From Paraspadella gotoi (Eukaryota; Animalia; Chaetognatha), in NCBI GenBank assembly GCA_051294375.1, contig CM119269.1, forward strand, positions 12,742,790 to 12,806,789: a stretch of DNA of 64,000 bases, given 5' to 3'. Positions 12,101-23,176 of this stretch are shown here, piece after piece. Position 1 is the stretch's first letter; the number at the start of each line of letters is the position of its first letter. The notes under the pieces were generated by a model. That model saw only the letters and a list, made by a program, of their open reading frames with translations, was not told the DNA's origin and did no database searches. The position numbers and the translations under genes were made by a program.

Positions 12101-14505
12101 TACATAATCGCTGCCAGATAAAGTCGGGAAAAAGCTCATTTTCGTTTTGTCCCGGAAAAGAGACTGGCTTTGAGGTACAAACTTGGATTGGCTCATGGTT
12201 CTAATATTAATACCTTTCCTTTAAATGCACATTAATTTGTATAAAATTAAAATATTTTTAAATGGAAAAACAAAATTATTTTATTGTTTTAGAGCGGTAG
12301 TTGATAAAAAGTGTTTTAGTTCGCTTATTGTTTGTCTTGTCAAAGGCTATTTATAATACAGAAATGTAATATATAGTTTTATGCACAAACCAATTTTAAC
12401 AATAAATCGAACCTCGTTTCGTATCTTGTCTCTTCATTTCTCTCTCGCTCGTCTTCATCTCTATATTTCTCACGGGCCGATGCAGCCGTCCGTCCACCCC
12501 TCGATCCGCCGCCCATTCCCCGCCTCCCGTCTCGCCGCCTCCAGCATGGCGCCCAACCGGACGAGCCACTGCGGGGAAAAGGATGAGGTTCGTCATTGAA
12601 AACAAACATCACTTTTTCTTCTTTTTTTTTGTGTCTTCCGCTGTTAGGGATTTGAATGGGAGAGCCGCTCCCTCCGTGAACGGGTCATTTTTTATTTCTT
12701 TAAAAATTTTAATTTCTTTAAAATATCTTTTATTAACGGACTAATATTTAATTCTCATTTAACATACATACTAAGTGCGAATCGCTAGTTTGTTTTCAAT
12801 GTTTACTTTTTTAAAGTGAAAACATAGTCCGAGGCTAACTATAACCAATTGGCCGTAGCATTTCGATCAGACTTTCAGGCAAAGATCGATTAATTTTCGT
12901 TGTCGTCGTCATCTTCGTCATCTCAGCGTCAAGAGTTGGACGAAATCAAAAGTCGTTGACGTGAAAATCGATGCGACGACGACGACGACGACGAAAACGA
13001 CGCATTCTGTCGATCCCTCGTCGGGAGTTTCCTTTTTCATCACAAAGTCGAGGGTTCGACTCTGTTCATTCCCCTTTAGTCGATATATACTGCAGCCGTT
13101 CTGGTCGTTGTTGTTCTTCTATTTTAAGCATCGATTCATTTCTGAGAAATTCAAACTGCGATGGATTTTTGTCTAAATTTTTTTTTATTTTTCCTAAGAT
13201 TTTTCAAGCAGAGAAGAAAATCTCTCCAAAAAAACTTGATTTTTTTTCTTACATCGATTTTTATCTTTCGCTTTTCTTAGAAATTTCCCCTAGAAATCTT
13301 TTTTTTTTCCTCCTTTTTTCCCTTCACCCCCTGAACTTTCTGTCTCTGCTACCAACTTTTAATAAGTTAATTATATTCAATCATTCAATAAATTTAGAAG
13401 ATTTAAAATCAGCTTTTTTTTAAACATCGATCGAAACGATTATTACATTTAATATTACATTTAATTTTACACCCACTAAAAACCCTTAACGTCTCTTCTT
13501 GTTCTTTCATTCCTTACTCCCCCTCTCCTTCCCCTCTTCCTGCTCCTCCTCCTCCTCTTCCTCCTCCTCCTCCTCCTCATCTTCTCTTTGATTTCGTCTT
13601 TTTTATTCTTTTCTCTCTTTATTATCTTTTCTCACCTTCCTTACTTTTCCTAATCTCTTCTTCCAAGTTACATCTACGATGCCATCGCCGTCATCTTCGC
13701 CGGCGTCCTCCGATAATTCGCTTTCCGATTCAATCACCGACGCCGATTCCATTAACGGCGCTCATTTAAAAAGCGGCGCCATCGAAGGCCTTACCGACGC
13801 CGATTCCGGTTCCACCGACGCCGCGGAAATCCACGAGATTCCCGCTCCGTTAGTTTGGTCTCTCGAAGTCCCTAAAACCGACGCCGAATTATCTAACGGC
13901 GCCGCCAACACAGACAATTATAGTAAGACGACGCCGTCCCGTCTCTCTGCGTCATTTTTTGTTAAAAATGACGCCGCGTTATTGAGCGGCGCTAAACGCG
14001 TTCGACCGCCGACGGCGCCGCGCCCTTCTGTGTCGTACTTTTTAGCCTTTGACCGGAACGACCCCACCGATAGAAGCAGAGCCGCGTACAGAAAGAACGC
14101 CGCGTACAGAAAAAGAGCCGTGGACAAAAAGAGCGCCTCGGAAAGAAAGAGCACCGGCGATAAAAACAACGCCCCTGATAGAAAGAGCGCCGATCGATCC
14201 ACGCCGCTTATTAATCGATCGTCCCTTCGTTCGACGGCGTCGAATTCGAACCGGCGTCAAGTAGCGCCGCTTGTTCGATTTCATTTAGACTTTTCAGGCG
14301 CCGAGATTCGTGAACCGGAATCCAGACGTTCTCGTCAAATCGACGCCGGTTTGACTCGACGTTGCCCGCCGAAATCCGGCGTCGGTATAGGCCGGAAGTC
14401 GTCGTCGTCGTCTAAAGACGCGCCGGTCGTTTTCGATCTCAAACTTCCGCTGATTATTAATCGTCTTCCCCTTTCTCCTCTTCCTCCTCTCCCTCGTTTT
14501 CAACA

Positions 14506-14539
<34 letters not shown>

Positions 14540-17500
14540 ACTCCTCAAAATCGTTGCCGTCTGAAATCTTTGTTCAATCGAAACGAAAACGTCAACAACG
14601 ACAACAACAACAACGACTTCAGTCGTATCGCCAAAAAAGGAGCAGTGATGGCAGGACGAATCTTGGGCGGTGATCATTCGCCTCCCATCAGGTGAGGTTG
14701 GCGTTGGAAATTTAACGTTGCCCGGGTCTTGTCGTTTCTGGTCGCCATGTCGTTGATGGAAAATGTAGAAGTCGGTAGAAGGCTTGGCTATTGTTAGACT
14801 CGCCATCGCACGTTGGCGTGGCTTAATGGTTAATCCTCAATAATAATTAATGGATGTTGTACCAATTTGTACGGACGTACTCAAGTTTACAGATCCATAC
14901 TGCATAATTTACCTTTAATTAACTTTTGAAAAGACAAGCCAACATATCAATAAAATATCTTCTAACCCTCCCAGATTTAGTTACTAACCGTCTAAAACCA
15001 CTGCAATGATTTCTCAATTTAAGTTTCCATGTTTTTCTCTTTTTTTTCACTGCTGGACACGAAACGATATACCAATAAAATAAACAAAATTTATGTCAAA
15101 TATTAAATTAAAACATTAACTTTAACTGCCAATCGGCGTTAAATTTAAAAAAAAAAAAAATTTTGAACCAACTATTGTTTCAAACTTTAATTATTAAACC
15201 GAAAATAACATAATTAATTATAAATTACATAATGATATTTCACAATAAATGACGCCTGCCGAAGATTCGGCGTGGGCGACGGCGCCATCACGCCGCGCGA
15301 TTTGCCGGCGACGGTCATCGCGGCGCCGGAAGACGACGACGACGACGACGACGACGCCGGTGGCGTCACAAGCGGACGAAATCTTAATCTGGCAGAAATC
15401 GTTTCCATGGCGACGGAGAAAGCGAAGAGGGAAAACTGTTTCGGGGGTCGAAGGAGCAAAGGGAGAAAGAGTCGAGGGAATGAGAAAGGTTACGTGAGCG
15501 AAGGAGTAGGAGCTGGTTATAGGAGCGGAACGAAAAACGAGGTCAGCAGGAAAAGGTACAACACTTACGCGGGATACTGGTGAAAAAAAAATTAAGGATG
15601 AAGCAAAATAATTGAATGGGACTTTAAAATTTGATATAGAAAAACCAACCAAATTACCGGTATCACACTTAATAATTACAATACCTTCCTTTGTTTCTTT
15701 TATAATTTTCTGTTTTAATCAATAAATATAATTTTAAACTTCACACAATTCTTCTTTTTTTTTAACTTTAAAAGTTGGAAAGAGTCTGATTCGTTGGTGG
15801 GAAAAAGTAAAATTGAGATTCCAGTCAAGATGATTCCAGATGCAAGGTGACCGAACTGATTATCGACCGAACAGCATAGACTGGAAAGTTGAAAGTTTAG
15901 TTCGGAATTATCGTTGTCGTTATTAATGAAATTAATTATGTTAATAAACAAAGGAGACGCAATTAATGCTGATCTCGAACTATCGCGATTTCTTCCTCCG
16001 CGGCTTCAGCCATGCCATGGCTCTTGATGTCGGAGACTACGTCCTCTTTTTTGTGTACAATTTTCTGCTTCAATGTCCCGCTTAAAATTGTCAATTGTTC
16101 GCTGTAAGATTTTGGAAACCCAAAATATTTTCATCAATAGCAGAAGATCATGGATTTAGGTAAACTTTTAATACTTGGTCCTTGCATGCAGTTTTTGAGA
16201 TCATTAACAGAAAAAAAGTAATCCTCACCGACTAATTTTCATCTGGATGCTCTAATTTAGTTACTTCCCTGAAATAAATATAACTATTAACTATTAACTA
16301 ACCAACTGCATTTTTCTTGGATCAGCTAATCTTTCTCTCTAATTTTCTTACAAGAAATTTTCCCATATGTAAAATATTTTTTTTTAGTAAGTATCACGTA
16401 CCTTAAATAATAAACACCGTAGCAATACCTTATAAAAACTTAACTTTACCTAAACTTTATTAACAACAAAACGCATGATATCTTAACTAAATCATCTGAC
16501 AAACATAAGATTTTCTAGAACCGATAAGTGTTCCGGCTAACCCAATTCTACACCAATTCTTCAGTAACTCGGAAGGACGATTTGCGCCAGAAGTGCGGCC
16601 TCCATCTCGCCGATTCTCCGCCGCAACACCTCGACGAGATTCCTCCTCATCTGAGCCGAAAAACGTTGTTGCTGCGAAAACAGAAAAAAATGTTGCAGCA
16701 ACCGCGGAGATTTCTAACGTTGCCGAAAATTCCAAGGTGAAACAGAATTTAAATTTGATAATAATAAAGATATAATCTAATATTTATTTCGTGTCACTTC
16801 GAGTTTAAGCCGAGTTTAATTCCGTTCCGCAGTTGACGGTAAATTCGACGCCGATTCTAACGCCGCTCATGCAAAAGACGGCGCCTTTGACGATGTCGGC
16901 GCCGCAACCATTTCTTCCAAAGACGCCGACAACGACGACGACTATAACGATGACAACGACGACGCCAACAACGCAGTTGACAACGACGTCGATGACAACA
17001 ACAACCACGACGATGACAACAACTACTCTTAAGTCGCCTACTCACGTAATCTTTGATCTAAAAAGTCAAGAAGAAAAACAAAAACAACAGCAATTTCCGC
17101 AGCAAGAATTATCCCCGCAGCAATCCTTGCTGCAAGATTCCGAAGTTGTGCTGCAGCTGAGCAAAGAAATGATGGCTTCGCCGTCTGTAATGCAAACGAA
17201 AGAGATTGGCGATAATGAATTAAATGGAACGACGAGTTGGACCGCAGAGGCGAGCGGTGAAGTTGAAGTAGAGGGCGCGGAGGGCAGAGTGGAAGCTGTG
17301 GAAGTTGACGAGGGAAAAATTGAGGAAGAAAATGAAATGTCGATAGAGGCGCTGCCGTTGACGACGACGACGACGACTATAGAGACGACGAAAATGGCGA
17401 GGGAAAAGAAGGAGGAGGGGGAGGAGGAAGAAGAAGAGGAGGAAGAGGAAATTGTCAAATTGGAGGATTTGGTGGCAGAGGACGAGTTTTTGCGACAAGT

Positions 17501-20500
17501 AGAGACAAGAAGGAGAAGCGTCGAGGGAGTTTATTATAGGTTAATATTGTTTAATAATGTTTATTATTCCATTTTGTTATCTAGGTTTAATATAGGAGTG
17601 AAAAAGTAAATTACTAACTTACTGCGTACTGACTTACAGACTTACTTAATACGTTTATTCTTTTTTTTTTCTCGAATTTGTCTTTTTCTTTACTCTGTTG
17701 GCCTTTTTAGGTTTTATAGTTTTTTTCATAGCCAATTGGTTATAAATATACCACTATTATAGTAACTATAAACATTATTTTTCGTCCCCTTCCACAGAGG
17801 AGGAGCCGAAATCAACTCTTCTCAGAACGAATCCGTCGTCAGCAAAAATTCGCAGAGAAAGATTCGTAGAATCGTTCGACCGACCGGGAACGCCGTTGTT
17901 GTTAGATCCGGGCCCACCGGGAACGCCCTTGAAGTCAAAGGTCGGCTGAACGGGAACGCCGTTGAAGTCAAAGGTCGACCGAACGGGAATTCTGTTCGGG
18001 TTAAAGGAAGGCAGATTGACAATTGCGTCAAATGCTCGACGCTGAGGTTAAAAGATCAGGTTAGTCGAAAAATTACTTGCAAAGTTGAGGTTGGTTCAAA
18101 TGAAGTTTTAAGGATTAACAGAAATGGGGCGCTTTCTGTAAATAGTGCAAAAACGAAACCTGCGAAGTAGAATAGAAAGATTCTCTCGTTTGCGCAGGAC
18201 GAAAAAATCCTGAAACTCATGATGAAGAGAAGAAGAGAAGAGGAAATGGAATTCGTCAAAAATGCGATAATCGAACAGGTTGATGGGATTTATTAAGAAC
18301 TATGTCATTAATCAACCTAATAAATAAATGAAAAAATAAATAAAAGAATATATAAAGAAATAAATTAATAAATACGTCGCTAAATAAATTATTTGATAAA
18401 TCAATCAGTGCCATCACTCAAACAATTATTCAGTCTTTTATTTGAACAATCAATCAATCAATCATCAATCAAACATCAATCAATCAATCAATCAATCAAA
18501 ATAAATCTTCTAAGGAGTGGGCTATGGCGCGTCGTTCTCAGATCCTCGATTCAATGGATTCTTGGGAATCGAATCGACGATCGAAGAAAATCGACGATCG
18601 AGTTGAGAGAACTCGAGTCTCCGCAGCAGCAGACGCCTCCGCAGCAGCAGACGCCTCCATATCAGCAGACGCCTACGCAGCAGGAGACGCCTACGCAGCA
18701 GGAGAGGCCTCCGCAGCTGCAGACGCCTCCGTTGCAGACGCGCTCGCATCCGCCGCTGATTTCGACGACGATGAAAACTCGTCCTCAGTTCAAAGAAGCT
18801 ACCGTTGCTTTTGCCGCTCGAGTGGCGCGAAAAATGGGCGCGTCGATGACGTTGCGAAATCGAATGATTACGTCAAATTCGAGGCTCAAAAGAAAATGAT
18901 CGAAAATGACTATAAACCCAGCGATTATAAAGTTGACCACGAAGTTGTCTTGAGCGACAACAAAGCGCCAAGCAAACGTCGCGACATGGAAAGCATTGAG
19001 AAAAGCGACGCCTTGCGGGCGATGGAGCGACACATGGCGTCCATTACGACGAAGACGAACTGGAGAGACTCTGCTCGGGTTCAAACGGATCCCGATCAGA
19101 ATGGAAAGAGTGATCAGCGATCTGACGATTGCGGTGATGAGATGAGAGGTGATCACCTTGACTGTCGGGGTGATCGAGACACTGACTTTGACGATTTAAT
19201 CACCGAAGAGAATAAACTTCTTAGCGATGGTCGTCGCCGGGTGCGTCTCAGCGACGATCGCCGCCAGGATGAACTTATGGATGGACTCCGCGGATTCGAT
19301 CGTCTTTTCGGCGAAGATCTTCACCGGGGAGACTTTCACCGCTGCGCCTTGGAGACGAAGAGGAGGATGGACGACGCGGAGAGGAAGAAGACGAGGACGA
19401 GGAATACCGAGGCGGAGGTGGGTAGGAGGAGGAAGAGGAGAAGGGAAAAGATGAGGGGGAGAGGAAGAGGAAGAAGACGAGGACGAGGAACACCGAGGCG
19501 TAGGAGAGTAGGGGGAGGAAGAGGATGAGTAAAAAGATGAGGGGGAAGAGGAGGGAGGAGATGAATTGAGAAGATATGATTCTGAATAGATAAAGTGGTG
19601 CTGCTAATATGATAGTAATTAATTATGAAATTAATTTGTGAATTTAATAAAACTGCGTTTAACCCACCCCATCAACCAGCGCTTGCGCCTTGACAACCGA
19701 TTTCGCGATCTCGAGCGACTCCAGCGTCTCAAGGATTTGGCGGAGATGGATGAGATGGAGGCGACGACTCGGAGGAGGATGTTGGAGACGAAGCATCGAC
19801 GGGCAGAGGAGAATCGGGCCAGGGTGGTAGTCGAACAGGCGGGCAGGATGAGGCAGAGGAGGTGAGATTAGGGGGAGTGGAAATATAGCGAGATGGCGGC
19901 GGGGTGGGTGCAAGGGTGGCAAGAGGTAGAGAATGTCATTTTAAGATGAGAGAAAAGTTGCATAAATATTACAAGAAAAAACGGTAGCTCAGTTGTAATT
20001 AACGTAGGTAAAATTAAGTCGGTCATAAGTCTTTAAAAAGCTAGTCACTTGCCAGGTTCAAATTTAACCGCTGCCACCACATAGGGCCTTTATTTCTTTT
20101 TACAAAACAAAGCAGCAAAAATCTTCTTCTCTTTTTCCTCTTTTTTCACCTCAGATCCGACGATCAACTCCGCCACCACCTCGCCCGCCACCGCCTCGCC
20201 ACGCAGACGGCCGACCGGCGTCGTTGGGCGGCGTCATTGCGCGGACGTCTCGACGCCGCCGAGGAGAGGGCGGCGGCGAGGGCGGCGGCTGCTGCGGCGG
20301 GACGGCGTGGGGGAGCGGTTGAGGGGCGTAGGAAGAGGGCGGAGGTGGCGGCGGAGAACGTGAAGAAGTAAAAAAATATTATTAACAGAGTAATATAATT
20401 ATTATTATTATTATTTCTATTACATCAATGGCAATCAATGAAAGAGTTTTAAATTTTTATAATTTGACAATTTATTCTATTTAATAATTAAAAACTCCGC

Positions 20501-21119
20501 TTTGCCCAGATTGAGAGAGAGCGAGGAGCTGTGGCGAAGTTCGATCGAAGCGTCACTTCGAAAGAAAGAAGAAAGAAGCGATCGAATCTTGGAGGAGAAA
20601 CAGCGGGCGATTGAAGAAGTGAGTTCACGAAGGATGAGGTTTATTTATTAATATAAATGATAGTGATTGCCTATCATCTTATTATTGACTGAGCCAGTTT
20701 AGGAATGTACAATGTCAATGTACAATTCGAAACGTAAATTTATAATTTTGTTAGCGTAACTGTTTATATAACTATCTATGATAAAGCAATTAAACTTTAT
20801 TTGTTTATATAACTATATATTTATTTAGCAAGCTTCCGAATAACATCGATATTAGGCGATCGGCAAAAACTAAAGTAATTCCTTCAATCAGCGTCGATCT
20901 TTACAAACCGCCAACCAATCGCTGCTCTTCCCGCCCTTTTCGTTCTAGTCCCGCGCTTTGGCTCAACTCGCATCTCAAATGCGCGGGAAAATCAAACGCG
21001 ATTTTCTCGGCGGCGACGACTTCGCCAAGAAATCGCGCGACGCTGAACTCTCGCGCCGCCTGGAGGGTCTTTCGGTGAAGGTGCCGCGCGGAGGGACGGC
21101 GCGTTCTGGATGTGGATGA
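4172..21119 (+). CDS. CCDC177: CCDC177/CCDC185-family coiled-coil protein, multi-exon, with a very long low-complexity middle
   Basis: Phase-consistent GT-AG exons 4172-4214, 4276-4417, 5051-5199, 5317-5409 give ITLENFDSEDAEGSRYVLTSPR|SLEACAAVGVRPVDLLPK, the CCDC177 N-terminal signature. 3' exons 19680-19861, 20155-20367, 20510-20618, 20949-21119 give LRKKEERSDRILEEKQRAIEE|SRALAQLASQMRGKIK..DFAKKSRDAEL, resembling the CCDC177 C-terminus. Probable middle exons: 5486-5735, ~6030-6585, 6682-6717, 11059-11217, 11732-11968, 12486-12587, ~13668-14691, ~15250-15493, ~16520-16736, ~16810-17539, ~17798-18278, ~18514-19420. Not all middle junctions were resolved. Confidence 0.8.
7305..10805 (+). CDS. 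Intronless type-I membrane protein: signal peptide, Ig-like/Cys-rich ectodomain, Pro-rich stalk, TM, COR-like region, cytoplasmic FAM111-like trypsin serine protease (nested gene)
   Basis: 1166-aa uninterrupted ORF. Signal peptide MNTHWSLLFLSIGSAIA; Ig-like pattern LKC..SWRIN..FNVTEDGALVIADL; TM IEIVVVSIIVVLILLTICGAFW+KKRR (~8094-8171); protease motifs GTGF, TCLHV (H873), TDHVLLK (D941), RHGASGAP (S1108), LVVGMYVRGF, VEQG; AATAAA at ~10845. Confidence 0.85.
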   Translation: MNTHWSLLFLSIGSAIAAIGGTNINISTCLPMRQTLKCVDATSWRINDAKINSSSKDFNVTEDGALVIADLPYAARQGSCAAVAVVGGSLCSETGLFEWSSWKVCNTPCPRRYKCDVSKAKIISTRAINGEFTGTIFVHFSCPPNRQCRVRVYDAYNNGIVDERIFACEQPCQTCRELWVLPIERSWTRRDLAFYVGLDFVDEEVDAEISRMFGFSDSFLPPSPPDSPPPPDSPPPPDSPPSQSLPPTPVMQPIPPATTQSYSIEIVVVSIIVVLILLTICGAFWKKRRPSDPVVRRTPRVANKRLYLSDSEYAYPEFWPSNCKRKCSDSDEVFPQCTQFLATTDPPNLPVEEMDLDLSDVESDPLTENPDVQAMDNSSCTTEISPHDLDDVPLSKLSNHPSMDVADISPPKMPDPIDTSSRVNVISILLCPGATWMKAELTLEQQTSVAMTTFKKLKYVFSGTDNLGVMEKLVDAGEAMKLGCGLYVDTATIASAIDALHETEKMLTPIITQFGESVVEEVKRGRYSKRMISDLLKERLGLMDSDSKSKELCHAIILHLKREGFFYPVPQSCISAKVEPADKWYQIPHVSKAPFIPDLWQCQTDQYQIGYLYETSTQIPAHLLSLISMSINNFCQYPTRMDWEHGLMARSGALSVYVQNFDERNDVIHGAYHVNDFSNGLLLVCRGPQDLKESVSLMLHKFDEHILGYLSLWSETKVKTLIPCISQTSTVTSHGTREDSEENLVCDACQRIENISEIEKEENVKKGDPTPIAESKSSIVDRGCFGERTGSKSSIDTGYKSLGSDHGALTWPNSRTSEAATEYLQSQVFNKFCQATASIGIWNDNENCYSHHGTGFLYAKKTDDEIEMMTCLHVIFGIAEFLGIEIPSHVTLDELNDLLDKLYVKITFDHLVEGTPEEPCNVNLSYNVTSAVAYGLVGETDHVLLKAIKVRGSEFILEAEPLADLLMEDSFDEKSSFFQSLLIFGFVDRKTKVHDHATYRDSLATTCALKLKQDLDLKVVDMKPEVKERVYQNLVETKRFHYTNCDSGNVAAHQLEDCELKNDEDDVRCYETLKNHFNPEDNLSRSEWAMLTDPRRMLLKSKFRHGASGAPIAVSKSKRGRYPRYPQVPDTRIDLVVGMYVRGFPISDRVEFQVEQGVWITYIFDD
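7966..8027 (+). repeat. 18-bp coding tandem repeat (PPDSPP)x3 forming the extracellular stalk
   Basis: TCGCCTCCGGATTCGCCTCCGCCTCCGGAT... repeated three times. Confidence 0.9.
11424..11560. mobile_element. Penelope-like pseudo-LTR remnant in inverted arrangement
   Basis: Arms TAATTGGCAATTAAC..AATAAAAGTTGGACATGTT and AACATGTCCGAATTTTATTGTTAATTGCCAATTA flank a hammerhead core. Confidence 0.55.
11471..11510 (-). ncRNA. Minimal type-I hammerhead ribozyme motif (Penelope-type)
   Basis: Minus strand cg-CTGATGA-a-GACTCG-aaaagca-CGAGTT-GAAAC-AT-GTC-c: intact core, stem II and GUC cleavage triplet; stem I poorly paired. Confidence 0.7.
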
Positions 21120-21559
21120 CTTCAAGAGGGAAGAGGGCGTCAACGAATCTGTGAACTTTACTCTCTTGGATTATTTTTTTTTAGTCATTCAATGAGTCAT
21201 AGAATAATCTGTGAAATTAGTAAAACCAATAGAAAATAATAATAAATAAGCTATCTTGCCCCTGACTTTAGACAGGAATTGTCTGGTTAAGGTCTCCATC
21301 TATCTTGCAAGATAAAATCATAGCAGGACGAGCAAGCTCTCAGACAAGACTCTCTCATATGATATGAAACGATAATAATTTTACAATAACTGAGGACAAA
21401 GCTTCTTTTGTTATTATTGTTTTTTCAATCCTCTTCTCGAGCTATCGCAAACTCCTGTCCTGTGTCTTGAACTAAATTTGCCGTTTTTAGTTGTAATAAT
21501 TAGCTATTCGTTTTGAGATTAATATATTTTAGTTATACAATACATTTTTTTTGTCACTT

Positions 21560-21867
21560 AACGTCTGACGCCCACGTTGAAGATCTTGGCATCCTCGTCC
21601 TTCCGGTCTCGGCTTCACCTTGAAGGCGTGGCTTCGGTCCTCGAAGGTTCGACCGAATTGCGCCGTGTTGATGGCCAGTTGCAAACGCAGAGCCGCCACC
21701 TTCTTGGAGGCGCGGACGACGGGGTTCTGCCATTGGGTGTAGCCGCGACGGGCCGCTTCTTCCGCGGAGCCGACACAGAGTCTGCCCAAACCCGTCGCCG
21801 TCGGGGTTGTTCTCGGTCGCGGAGAGGGAGGAGGGGTCTTTGGAATCGCTGTTGGAGATGTGGTGCC
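21560..21867 (-). pseudogene. Isolated, frameshifted exon of a protein DD3-3-like gene
   Basis: After a pyrimidine tract and AAG acceptor: RHHISNSD.. / ..ARRGYTQWQNP..LRLQLAINTAQFGRTFEDRSHAFKVKPRP / DAKIFNVGVR, matching the recalled DD3-3 motif LAINTAQFGRTFQDRSH..I.N.NVRG. At least two frame changes; no partner exons seen. Confidence 0.65.
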
Positions 21868-21930
21868 TTGGAGGAAGTGAGATAGTGGAGAGAGTGTGTG
21901 GGTGAGAGAGAGAGGAGAGAGAGAGGAGAG

Positions 21931-21978
<48 letters not shown>

Positions 21979-22066
21979 TAGAGTGAGAGGGCAAAGTTTC
22001 CAAGTTGAGTTGAGAAAAGGACAGATCGAGTGAGTTTGTGAAAAGAAATTGAAATAGTGAGAGAGA

Positions 22067-22111
<45 letters not shown>

Positions 22112-23176
22112 TTAATAATAAAAACTAAAGTGAAAGTAAATATTGTTAACAATTAACTACTATAAATTAGTGAATATGAAAGAGAAATTTTTGAATTTGA
22201 AAGATATGTGAGGGAGGGTTAAGTAGTTAGAAAAGTAAAAGTTTAAGAATTAAGAAAGAGCTCAAAATGAGCTGGCCCCCTTGGTTTATGCAAATGGACC
22301 CCTTTGTTGAAGCAAATGAAAGGCCTCATCGATGAGGTCGAGTCATTGACGCGTCATTGGTTGAGAAGACAGTTTGGTTGAGCCTGTTTGTGCTGAACTG
22401 GGGAAACTTCCTCGCGGACAGATTCCGAAGGCTACTCGAATGTCTCTCTGGCCTAGTACGCCTGTCGACTGCCCTCTTCTCGCCTGCTGGCGAGGTGGGC
22501 GGTTGTCCGTTCTTGCCGCTTTTTGCGACATGAGTTGTGGACTCCTCCCCTTCCTCCTGCAGCCGTAGTTTGGGGCGGCGCTTACTCCACAAAACAGAAG
22601 TGACCAAAAGAAAGAAACAATACAGTGCTTCACAAATAAAATCATTTAAAGCAATTCTGCCTAAAGAAAAATTTGGTTTAATCTCCTTCCCGTTTCCACG
22701 CACAAAAAAAAATATTGATTATAAAACTCGTCGAAAAAGTATGAATCGGCATCAAAATTTCGAAAAGAAACCGGTTCGATTCGTCCATACGTATATTACT
22801 ATATACATACAAAATCTGCTATTCCTTCCTTCTGATAGTGAAAAAAGTATATTTGGATAAAGGACTCATTAGATTCCTCCATCGATTTTTAAATTTGTCA
22901 GAACGTTTTACTCTTTTTTTACCCTATTTTTTTGACACGCTAAACGTTTCGCTGATTACGGGAAGTAAATTGTGTAAATTGAAAAACTAGTAATACCAAA
23001 AGTTAGTGTTATGTCTCAAATAGACGGAAAAAAAACCTCGTTTAAAAATTCATTCGGGAAGTGGGGTTACGAAGCCTTACCAGTGGCATTGTCAATGTCA
23101 AACATCTCGCAAATAATTATTTTTATTTAATATGTTTGAAAGGGAAATTACAAAAATTCAGAATGCGGGTTCCGCC

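Noticed and set aside
19982-20080. tRNA gene (GGTAGCTCAGTTG...GGTTCAAAT)
   Set aside because: A- and B-box-like pieces but no cloverleaf; at most a decayed SINE. The three SINE heads are likewise not tRNA genes.
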